DNA from: Eledone cirrhosa
Lineage: Eukaryota
Direction: 5' to 3'
NCBI GenBank assembly: GCA_964016885.1
Contig: OZ024741.1
Span: forward strand, 7,440,001-7,504,000
DNA length: 64,000 bases
The notes under the pieces were generated by a model. The model worked only from the letters and a program-made list of their open reading frames with translations. It made no database searches and was not told where the DNA came from. Of the stretch, positions 14,601 to 26,659 are shown one piece after another (within the stretch, counting starts at the first letter, position 1; each line of letters opens with the position of its first letter). Made by a program: the position numbers and the translations under genes.

Positions 14601-17600
14601 GGCTCCGCTTTCCACCCGACTCCATTTCAGGATGGTCAGGGACACTGCTTCGCAGCCGACTCCATTTAAGAATGGTCGGGGACACTGCTTCTCTCCCGAC
14701 TCCATTTAAGGATGGTCCGGGACTCTGCTTTCCATCCGACTCCATTTTAGGCTGGTCGGGGACACTGCTTCTCTCCCGACTCCATTTAAGGACGGTCGGG
14801 GACTCTGCTTTCCACCCGACTCAATTTAAGGATGGTCTGGGACACTGCTTCCCACCCGACTCCATTTAAGAATGGTCGGGGACACTGCTTCCCACCCGAC
14901 TCCATTTAAGGATGCTCGGGGACACTGCTTCCCACCCGACTCCATTTAAGAATGGTCGGGGACACTGCTTCCCACCCGACTCCATTTAAGGATGCTCGGG
15001 GTCACTGCTTCCCACCCGACTCCATTTAAGGATGGTCGAGGACATCGCTTCCCTCCCGACTCCATTTAAAGATGATCGCGGACTCTGCTTTCCACCCGAT
15101 TCCATTTAAGGATGGTCGGGGGCTCTGCTTCCAACCGAATCCATTTAAGGATGGTCAGGGACACTGCTTCCCACCCGACTCCATTTAAGGATGGTCGTGG
15201 TCTCTGTTTTCCACCCGACTCCATTTAAAGATGGTAGGGGACATTGCTTCCCACCCGACTCCATTTAAGGATGGTCGTGGATATTCCTTTTCACCCGACT
15301 CTATTTAAGGATGATCGCGGACACTGCTTCCCACCCGACTCCAATTAAGGATGCTCGGGGACACTGCTTCCCACCCGACTCCATTTAAGGATGGTCAGGG
15401 ACAGTGCTTCCCACCCGACTCCATTTAAGGATGGTCGAGGAATCTGCTTTCCACCCGACTCCATTTAAGGATGGTCGGGTACACTGCTTCCCACCCGACT
15501 CCATTTAAGGATGGTCGGGGACACTGCTTCCCACCCGACTCCATTTAAAGATGGTAGGGGACATTGCTTCCCACCCGACTACATTTAAGGTTGGTCGGGG
15601 ACTCTGCTTTCCACCCGACTCCATTTAAGGATGGTCGTGGACATTCCTTTCCACCCGACTCTATTTAAGGATGATCGCGGACACTCCTTCCCATCCGACT
15701 CCATTTAAAGATGCTCGGGGACACTGCTTCCCACCCGACTCCATTTAAGGATGGTCGGGTACACTGCTTCCCACCCGACTCCATTTAAAGATGCTCGGGG
15801 ATTCTGCTTCCCACCCGACTCCATTTAAAGATGCTCGGGGATTTTGCTTCCCACCCGACTCCATTTAAGGATGGTCGGGTACACTGCTTCCCACCCGACT
15901 CCATTTGAAATGCTCGGGGATTCTGGTTCCCACCCGACTCCATTTAAGGATGCTCGGGTACACTGCTTCCCACCCGACTCCATTTAAAGATGCTCGGGGA
16001 CACTGCTTCCCGCTCGACTCCATTTAAGGATGGTCGGGGACACTGCTTCCCGCCCGACTCCATTTAAGGATGCTCGGGGACACTGCTTCCCACCCGACTC
16101 CATTTAAGGATAGTCAGGACATCGCTTCCCTCCCGACTCCATTTAAGGATGGTCGGGGGCTCTGCTTTCCACCCGACTTCATTTAAGGATGGTCAGGGAC
16201 ACTGCTTCTCTCCCGACTCCATTTAAGGATGGTCGGGGATTCTGCTTTCCACCCAACTCCATTTAAGGATGGTCGTGGACATTCCTTTCCACTCGACTCT
16301 ATTTAAGGATGATCGCGGACACTGCTTCCCACCCGACTCCATTTAAGGATGCTCGGGGACATTCCTTTCCATCCGACTCCATTTAAGGATGGTCGAGGAC
16401 ATCGCTTCCCTCCCGACTCCATTTAAGGATGCTCGGGGACATTCCTTTCCACCTGACTCCATTTAAGGATGGTCGAGGACATCGCTTCCCACCCGACTCC
16501 ATTTAAGGATGGTCGTGGACATTCCCTTCCACCCGACTCTATTTAAGGATGATCGCGGACACTGCTTCCCACCCGACTCCATTTAAGGATGCTCGGGGAC
16601 ACTGCTTCCCACCAGACTCCATTTAAGGATGGTCGGGGATTCTGCTTTCCACCCGACTCCATTTAAGGATGGTCGGGTTCACTGCTTTCCACCCGACTCC
16701 ATTTAAGGATGGTCTGGGACACTGCTGCACACCCGACTCCATTTAAGGATGGTCGGGGACACTGTTTCCCATACGACTCCATTTAAGGATGGTCGGGGAC
16801 ATTGCTTCCCACCCGACTTCATTTAAGGATGGCTGGGGACACTGCTTCCCACCCGACTCCATTTAAGGATGGTCGGGGACATCGCTTCCCACCCGACTCC
16901 ATTTAAAGATGGTCGTGGACATGGCTTCCCACCCGACTCCATTCAAGGATGGTCGGGGACATTGCTTTCCACCCGACTCCATTTAAGGATGGTCCTTTAC
17001 ACTGCTTCCCACCCGACTCCATTTAAGGATGGTCGGGGACACTGCTTCCCACCCGACTCCATTTAAGGATGGTCGGGGACACTGCTTCCCACCCGACTCC
17101 ATTTAAGGATGGTCGGGGACATTGCTTCCCACCCGACTCCATTTAAGGATGGTCGTGGACATGGCTTCCCACCCGACTCCATTTAAGGATGGTCGGGGAC
17201 ATTGCTTCCCACCCGACTCAATTTAAGGATGGTCGGGGACACTGCTTCCCGCACGACTCCATTTAAGGATGGTCGGGGACACTGCTTCCCGCCCGACTCC
17301 ATTTAAGGATGCTCGGGGACACTGCTTCCCACCCGACTCCATTTAAGGATGGTCGAGGACATCGCTTCCCTCCCGACTCCATTTAAGGATGGTCGGGGGC
17401 TCTGCTTTCCACCCGACTCCATTTAAGAATGGTCAGGGACACTGCTTCGCAGCCGACTCCATTTAAGCATGGTCGGGGACTCTGCTTTTCACCCGACTCC
17501 GTTTAAGGAAGGTCGGGGGCTCTGCTTTCCACCCGACTCCATTTAAGGATGGTCAGGGACACTGCTTCTCTCCCGACTCCATTTAAGGATGGTCGGGGAC

Positions 17601-18680
17601 ACTGCTTCCCACCCGACTCCATTTAAGAATGGTCGGGGACACTGCTTCCCACCCGACTCCATTTAAGGATGCTCGGGGACACTGCTTCCCACCAGACTCC
17701 ATTTAAGGATGGTCGAGGACATCGCTTCCCTCCCGACTCCATTTAAAGATGGTCGCGGACTCTGCTTTCCACCCGACTCCATTTAAGGATGGTCGGGGGC
17801 TCTGCTTTCCACCCGACTCCATCTAAGGATGGTCAGGGACACTGCTTCCCACCCGACTCCATTTAAGGATGGTCGTGGTCTCTGCTTTCCACCCGACTCC
17901 ATTTAAAGATGGTAGGGGACATTGCTTCCCACCCGACTCCATTTAAGGATGGTCGTGGATATTCCTTTTCACCCGACTCTATTTAAGGATGATCGCGGAC
18001 ACTGCTTCCCACCCGACTCCATTTAAGGATGCTCGGGGACACTGCTTCCCACCCGACTCCATTTAAGGATGGTCAGGGACAGTGCTTCCCACCCGACTCC
18101 ATTTAAGGATGGTCGAGGAATCTGCTTTCCACCCGACTCCATTTAAGGGTGGTCGGGTACACTGCTTCCCACCCGACTCCATTTAAGGATGGTCGGGGAC
18201 ACTGCTTCCCACCCGACTCCATTTAAAGATGGTAGGGGACATTGCTTCCCACCCGACTACATTTAAGGATGGTCGGGGACTCTGCTTTCCACCCGACTCC
18301 ATTTAAGGATGGTCGTGGACATTCCTTTCCACCCGACTCTATTTAAGGATGATCGCGGACACTGCTTCCCATCCGACTCCATTTAAATATGCTCGGGGAC
18401 ACTGCTTCCCACCCGACTCCATTTAAGAATGGTCGGGTACACTGCTTCCCACCCGACTCCATTTAAAGATGCTCGGGGATTCTGCTTCCCACCCGACTCC
18501 ATTTAAAGATGCTCGGGGATTCTGCTTCCCACCCGACTCCATTTAAGGATGGTCGGGTACACTGCTTCCCACCCGACTCCATTTAAAATGCTCGGGGATT
18601 CTGCTTCCCACCCGACTCCATTTAAGGATGGTCGGGTACACTGCTTCCCACCCGACTCCATTTAAAGATGCTCGGGGATT
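11630..18680. repeat. Older, diverged copies of a variant-monomer cassette at about 2.7-2.8-kb spacing (starts near 11630, 14390 and 17150)
   Basis: The ordered markers gtggacatggc > caat > cccgcacga > gaggacatcgc > cttcgcagccga recur, with cgcagccg at 11893, 14651 and 17448. Region 15190-16000 matches 17870-18680 at offset 2678, with many substitutions. Confidence 0.7.
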
Positions 18681-21599
18681 CTGCTTCCCACCCGACTCCA
18701 TTTAAGGATGGTCGGGTACATTGCTTCCCACCTGACTCCATTTAAAGATGCTCGGGGATTCTGCTTCCCACCCGACTCCATTTAAAGATGCTCGGGGATT
18801 CTGCTTCCCACCCGACTCCATTTAAAGATGCTCGGAGATTCTGCTTCCCACCCGACTCCATTTAAGGATGGTCGGGTTCACTGCTTTCCACCCGACTCCA
18901 TTTAAGTATGGTCGTGGACAGTGCTACCCACCCGACTCCATTTAAGGATGGTCTGGGACACTGCTGCACACCCGACTCCATTTAAGGATGGTCGGGGACA
19001 CTGCTTCCCACCCGACTCCATTTAAGGATGGTCTGGGACATTGCTTCCCACCCGACTCCATTTAAGTATGGTCGAGGACACTGCTTCCCACCCGACTCCA
19101 TTTAAGGATGCTCGGGGACACTGCTTCCCACCCGACTCCATTTAAAGAGGCTCGGGGATTCTGCTTCCCACCCGACTCCATTTAAGGATGGTCGGGTTCA
19201 CTGCTTTCCACCCGACTCCATTTAAGTATGGTCGGGGACAGTGCTACCCACCCGACTCCATTTAAGGATTGTCCGGGACACTGCTGCACACCCGACTTCA
19301 TTTAAGGATGGCTGGTGACACTGCTTCCCACCCGACTCCATTTAAGGATGGGTGGGGCTCTGCTTTCCACCCGACTCCATTTAAGGATGGTCGGGGACAC
19401 TGCTTCCCACCCGACTCCATTTAAAGATGGTAGGGGACATTGCTTTCCACCCGACTCCATTTAAGGATGGTCGGGTTCACTGCATTCCACACGACTCCAT
19501 TTAAATATGTTCGGGGATAGTGCTTCCTACCCGACTCCATTTAAGATAGCTCTGGGACATTGCTGCACACCCGACTCCATTTAAGGATGGTCGGGGACAC
19601 TGCTTCCCACCCGACTCCATTTAAGGATGGTCGGGGACATTGCTTCCCACCCGACTCCATTTAAGGATGGTCGTGGACATGGCTTCCCACCCGACTCAAT
19701 TTAAGGATGGTCGAGGACATCGCTTCCCTTCCGACTCCATTTAAGCATGGTCGGGGACTCTGCTTTTCACCCAACTCCATTTAAGGAAGGTCGGGGGCTC
19801 TGCTTTCCACCCGACTCCATTTAAGGATGGTCAGGGACACTGCTTCCCACCCGACTCCATTTAAGAATGGTCGGGGACACTGCTTCCCACCCGACTCCAT
19901 TTAAGGATGGTCGAGGACACTGCTTCCCACCCGACTCCATTTAAGGATGGTCTGGGACATTGCTTCCCACCCAACTTCATTTAAATCTGGTCGGGGACAC
20001 TGCTTCCCACCCGACTCCATTTAAGGATGGTCGCGGACACTGCTTCCCACCAGACGCCATTTAAGGATGGTTGTGGACATTGCTTCCCAACCGACTCCAT
20101 TTAACGATGGTCGGGGACATTGCTTCCCACCCGACTCCATTTAAGGATGGTCGGGGACACTGCTTCCCACACGACTCCATTTAAGAATGGTCGGGGACAC
20201 TGCTTCTCACACGACTCCATTTAAGGATGGTCGAGGACATCGCTTCCCTCCCGACTCCATTTAAAGATGGTCGTGGACTCTGCTTCCCACCCGACTCCAT
20301 TTAAGGATGGTCGGGGACACTGCTTCCCACCAGACTCCATTTAAGGATGGTCGGGGATTCTACTTTCCACCCGACTCCATTTAACGATGGTCGGGTTCAC
20401 TGCTTTCCACCCGCCTCCATTTAAGTATGGTCGGGGACAGTGCTACCCACCCGACACCATTTAAGGATGGTCTGGGACACTGCTGCACACCCGACTCCAT
20501 TTAAGGATGGTCGGGGACACTGCTGCACACACGACTCCATTTAAGGATGGTCGGGGACACTGCTTCCCACCCGACTCCATTTAAGGATGGTCGGGGACAT
20601 TGCTTCCCACCCGACTTCATTTAATGATGGTCGGGGATACTGCTGCACACCCGACTCAATTTAAGGATGGTCGGGTTCACTGCTTTCCACCCGACTCCAT
20701 TTAAGTATGGTCGGGGACAGTGCTACCCACCCGACACCATTTAAGGATGGTCTGGGACACTGCTGCACACCCGACACCATTTAAGGATGGTCGGGGACAC
20801 TGCTTCCCACCCGACTTCATTTAAGGATGGCTGGGGACACTGCTGCCCACCCGACTCCATTTAAGGATGGTCGGGGACATTGCTTCCCACCCGACTCCAT
20901 TTAAGGATGGTCGTGGACATGGCTTCCCACCCGACTCCATTTAAGGATGATGGGGGACATTGCTTTCCACCCGACTCCATTTAAGGATGGTCCTTTACAC
21001 TGCTTCCCACCCGACTCCATTTAAGGATGGTCGGGGACATTGCTTCCCACCCGACTTAGTTTAAGGATGGCTGGGGACACTGCTTCCCACCCGACTCCAT
21101 TTAAGGATGGTCGGGGACATTGCTTCCCACCCGACTCCATTTAAGGATGGTCGTGGACATGGCTTCCCACCCGACTCCATTTAAGGATCATCGGGGACAT
21201 TGCTTTCCACCCGACTCCATTTAAGGATGGTCCTTTACACTGCTTCCCACCCGACTCCATTTAAGGATGGTCGGGGACACTGCTTCCCACCCGACTCCAT
21301 TTAAGGATGGTCGGGGACACTGCTTCCCACCCGACTCCATTTAAGTATGGTCGGGGACATTGCTCGGCACCCGACTTCATTTAAGGATGGCTGGGGACAC
21401 TGCTTCCAACCCGACTCCATTTAAGGATGGTCGGGGACATTGCTCCCCACCCGACTTCATTTAAGGATGGCTGGGGACACTGCTTCCCACCCGACTCCAT
21501 TTAAGGATGGTCGGGGACACTGCTTCCCACCCGACTCCATTTAAGTATGGTCGGGGACATTGCTCCCCACCCGACTTCATTTAAGGATGGCTGGGGACA

Positions 21600-23945
21600 C
21601 TGCTTCCCACCCGACTCCATTTAAGTATGGTCGGGGACATTGCTCCCCACCCGACTTCATTTAAGGATGGCTGGGGACACTGCTTCCCACCCGACACCAT
21701 TTAAGGATGGTCGGGGACATTGCTTCCCACCCGACACCATTTAAGGATGGTCCTTTACACTGCTTCCCACCCGACTCCATTTAAGGATGGTCGGGGACAC
21801 TGCTTCCCACCCGACTCCATTTAAGAATGGTCGGGGACACTGCTTCCCGCACGACTCCATTTAAGGATGGTCGGGGACACTGCTTCCCGCCCGACTCCAT
21901 TTAAGGATGCTCGGGGACACTGCTTCCCACCCGACTCCATTTAAGGATGGCCGAGGACATTCCTTTCCACCCGACTCTATTTAAAGAATGGTAGGGGATA
22001 TTGCTTCCCACCCGACTCCATTTAATGATGGTCGGGGATTCTGCTTCCCACCCGACTCCATTTAAAGATGGTAGCGGACATTGCTTCCCACCCGACTCCA
22101 TTTAAGGATGGTCGTGGACATTCCCTTCCACCCGACTCTATTTAAGGATGATCGCGGACACTGCTTCCCACCCGACTCCATTTAAGGATGGTCGGGGACT
22201 CTGCTTTCCACCTGACTCCATTTAAGGATAGTCAGGGACACTGCATCTCTCCCGACTCCATTTAAGGATGGTCGGGGACACTGCTTCCCACCCGACTCCA
22301 TTTAAGGATGTTCGGGGACACTGCTTCCCATGCGACTCTATTTAAGGATGATCGCGGACACTGCTTCCCACCCGACTCCATTTAAGGATGGTCGAGGACA
22401 TCGCTTCCCTCCCGACTCCATTTAATGATGGTCGGGGGCTCTGCTTTCCACCCGACTCCTTTTACGGATGGTCAGGGACACTGCTTCGCAGACGACTCCA
22501 TTTAAGGATGGTCGGGGACACTTATTCCCACCCGACTCCATTTAAGGATGGTCGGGGATTCTGCTTTTCACCCGACTCCATTTAAGGAAGGTCGGGGGCA
22601 CTGCTTCCCACCCGACTCCATTTAAGGATGCTGGGGGACACTGCTTCCCACCAGACTCCATTTAAGAATGATCGGGGACACTGCTTCCCACCCGACTCCA
22701 TTTAAGTATGGTCGGGGACATTGCTCCCCACCCGACTTCATTTAAGGATGGCTGGGGACACTGCTTCCCACCCGACACCATTTAAGGATGGTCGGGGACA
22801 TTGCTTCCCACCCGACTCCATTTAAGGATGGTCCTTTACACTGCTTCCCACCCGACTCCATTTAAGGATGGTCGGGGACACTGCTTCCCACCCGACTCCA
22901 TTTAAGAATGGTCGGGGACACTGCTTCCCGCACGACTCCATTTAAGGATGGTCGGGGACACTGCTTCCCGCCCGACTCCATTTAAGGATGCTCGGGGACA
23001 CTGCTTCCCACCCGACTCCATTTAAGGATGGCCGAGGACATTCCTTTCCACCCGACTCTATTTAAAGAATGGTAGGGGATATTGCTTCCCACCCGACTCC
23101 ATTTAATGATGGTCGGGGATTCTGCTTCCCACCCGACTCCATTTAAAGATGGTAGCGGACATTGCTTCCCACCCGACTCCATTTAAGGATGGTCGTGGAC
23201 ATTCCCTTCCACCCGACTCTATTTAAGGATGATCGCGGACACTGCTTCCCACCCGACTCCATTTAAGGATGGTCGGGGACTCTGCTTTCCACCTGACTCC
23301 ATTTAAGTATGGTCGTGGACATTCCTTTCCACCCGACTCTATTTAAGGATGCTCGGGGACATTGCTTTCCGTCCGACTCCATTTAATGATGGTCCGGGAC
23401 ACTGCTTCCCACCCGACTCCATTTAAGGAAGGTCGGGAGCTCTGCTTTCCACCCGACTCCATTTAAGGATAGTCAGGGACACTGCATCTCTCCCGACTCC
23501 ATTTAAGGATGGTCGGGGACACTGCTTCCCACCCGACTCCATTTAAGGATGTTCGGGGACACTGCTTCCCATGCGACTCTATTTAAGGATGATCGCGGAC
23601 ACTGCTTCCCACCCGACTCCATTTAAGGATGGTCGAGGACATCGCTTCCCTCCCGACTCCATTTAATGATGGTCGGGGGCTCTGCTTTCCACCCGACTCC
23701 TTTTACGGATGGTCAGGGACACTGCTTCGCAGACGACTCCATTTAAGGATGGTCGGGGACACTTATTCCCACCCGACTCCATTTAAGGATGGTCGGGGAT
23801 TCTGCTTTTCACCCGACTCCATTTAAGGAAGGTCGGGGGCACTGCTTCCCACCCGACTCCATTTAAGGATGCTGGGGGACACTGCTTCCCACCAGACTCC
23901 ATTTAAGAATGATCGGGGACACTGCTTCCCACCCGACTCCATTTA
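21600..23945. repeat. Tandem duplication; offset 1081 bp, then 1241 bp (second copy has 4 more monomers)
   Basis: Identical ORFs at 21901/22982 (1081) and 22388/23629 (1241). Both copies share the only 41-bp monomers seen (tttaaagaatgg near 21985 and 23065). Confidence 0.9.
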
Positions 23946-26659
23946 AGTATGGTCTGGGACAGTGCTTCCCACCCGACTCCATTTAAGGATGGTCTTGGAC
24001 ACTGCTTCCCACCCGACTCCATTTAAGGATGGTCGGGGACATTGCTTCCCACCCGACTTCATTTAAGGATGGCTGGGGACACTGCTTCCCACCCGACTCC
24101 ATTTAAGGATGGTCGGGGACACTGCTTCCCACCCGACTCCATTTAAGGATGGTCGGGGACATTGCTTCCCACCCGACTTCATTTAAGGATGGCTGGGGAC
24201 ACTGCTTCCCACCCGACTCCATTTAAGGATGGTCGGGGATTCTGCTTTCCACCCGATTCCATTTAAGGATGGTCGGGTTCACTGCTTTCCACCCGACTCC
24301 ATTTAAGTATGGTCGGGGACACTGCTGCACACCCGACTCCATTTAAGGATGGTCGGGGACATTGCTTCCCACCCGACTTCATTTAAGGATGGCTGCGGAC
24401 ACTGCTTCCCACCCGACTCCATTTAAGGATGGTCGGGGACATTGCTTCCCACCCGACTCCATTTAAGGATGGTCGTGGACATGGCTTCCCACCCGACTCC
24501 ATTTAAGGATGGTCGGGGACATTGCTTTCCACCCGACTCCATTTAAGGATGGTCCTTTACACTGCTTCCCACCCGACTCCATTTAAGGATGGTCGGGGAC
24601 ACTGCTTCCCACCCGACTCCATTTAAGGATGGTCGGGGACACTGCTTCCCACCCGACTCCATTTAAGGATAGTCGGGGACATTGCTTCCCACCCGACTTC
24701 ATTTAAGGATGGTCGGGGAAACTGCTTCCCACCCGACTCCATTTAAGGATGGTCTGGGACATTGCTTCCCACCAGACTCCATTTAAGGATGGTTGTGGAC
24801 ATTTCTTCCCACCCGACTCCATTTAAGGATGGTCGGGGACACTGCTTCCCACCCGATTCAATTTAAGGATGGTCGGGGACACTGCTTCCCACCCGACTCC
24901 ATTTAAGGATGGTCGGGGACATTCCTTCCCACCCGACTCTATTTAAGCATGATCGCGGACACTGCTTCCCACCCGACTCCATTTAAGAATGGTCGGGGAC
25001 ACTGCTTCCCACCCGACTCAATTTAAGGATGGCAGGAGGCACTGCTTCCCGCTCGACTCCATTTAAGGATGGTCGGGGACACTGCTACCCGCCCTACTTC
25101 ATTTAAGGATGCTCGGGGACAATGCTTCCCACCCGACTCCATTTAAGGATGGTCGAGGACATCGCTTCCCTCCCGACTCCATTTAAAGATGGTCGGGGAC
25201 TCTGCTTTCCACCCGATTCCATTTAAGGATGTTCGGGTACACTGCTTCCCACCCGACTCCATTTAAGGATGGTCGGGGACACTGCTTCCCACTCGACTCT
25301 ATTTAAGTATGGTCGTGGACATTCCTTCCCACTCGACTCCATTTAAGAATGATCAGGGACACTGCTTCCCACCCGACTCCATTTAATGATGTTCGGGGAC
25401 ACTGCTTCACGCTCGACTCCATTTAAGGATGGTCGGGGACACTGCTTCGCAGCCGACTCCATTTAAGGGTGGTCGGGGACACTTATTCCCACCCGACTCA
25501 ATTTAAGGATGGTCGAGGACATCGCTTCCCTTCCGACTCCATTTAAGCATGGTCGGGGATTCTGCTTTTCACCCGACTCCATTTAAGGAAGGTCGGGGGC
25601 TCTGCTTTCCACCCGACTCCATTTAAGGATGGTCAGGGACACTGCATCTCTCCCGACTCCATTTAAGGATGGTCGGGGATTCTGCTTTCCACCCGACTCC
25701 ATTTAAGGATGGTCGGGGTCATTGCTTTCCACCCGACTCCATTTAAGGATGGTCGGGGACACTGCTTCCCACCCGACTCCATTTAAGGATGGTCGGGGAC
25801 ATTGCTTCCCACCAGACTCCATTTAAGGATGGTTGTGGACATTTCTTCCCACCCGACTCCATTTAAGGATGGTCGGGGACACTGCTTCCTACCCGACTCA
25901 ATTTAAGGATGGTCGGGGACACTGCTTCCCACCCGACTCCATTTAAGGATGGTCGGGGACACTGCTTCCCACCCGACTCAATTTAAGGATGGTCGGAGGC
26001 ACTGCTTCCCGCTCGACTCCATTTAAGGATGGTCGGGGACACTGCTTCCCGCCCTACTCCATTTAAGGATGCTCGGGGACAATGCTTCCCACCCGACTCC
26101 ATTTAAGGATGGTCGAGGACATCGCTTCCCTCCCGACTCCATTTAAAGATGGTCGGGGACTCTGCTTTCCACCCGACTCCATTTAAGGATGTTCGGGTAC
26201 ACTGCTTCCCACCCGACTCCATTTAAGGATGGTCGGGGACACTGCTTCCCACCCGACTCCACTTAAAGATGGTAGGGGACATTACTTCCCACCCGACTAC
26301 ATTTAAGGATGGTCGGGGACATTCCTTTCCACCCGACTCTATTTAAGTAATATCGCGGACACTGCTTCCCACCCGACACCATTTAAAGATGCTCGGGGAC
26401 ACTGCTTCCCACCAGCCTCCATTTAAGGATGGTCGGGGATTCTGCTTTCCACCCGACTCCATTTAAGGATGGTCGGGTTCACTGATTTCCACCCGACTCC
26501 ATTTAAGTATGTTCGGGTACACTGCTTCCTACCCGACTCCATTTAAGAATGCTCTGGGACATTGCTGCACACCCGACTCCATTTAAGGATGGTCGGGGAC
26601 ACTGCTTCCCACCCGACTCCATTTAAGGATGGTCGGAGACATTGCTTCCCACCCGACTC

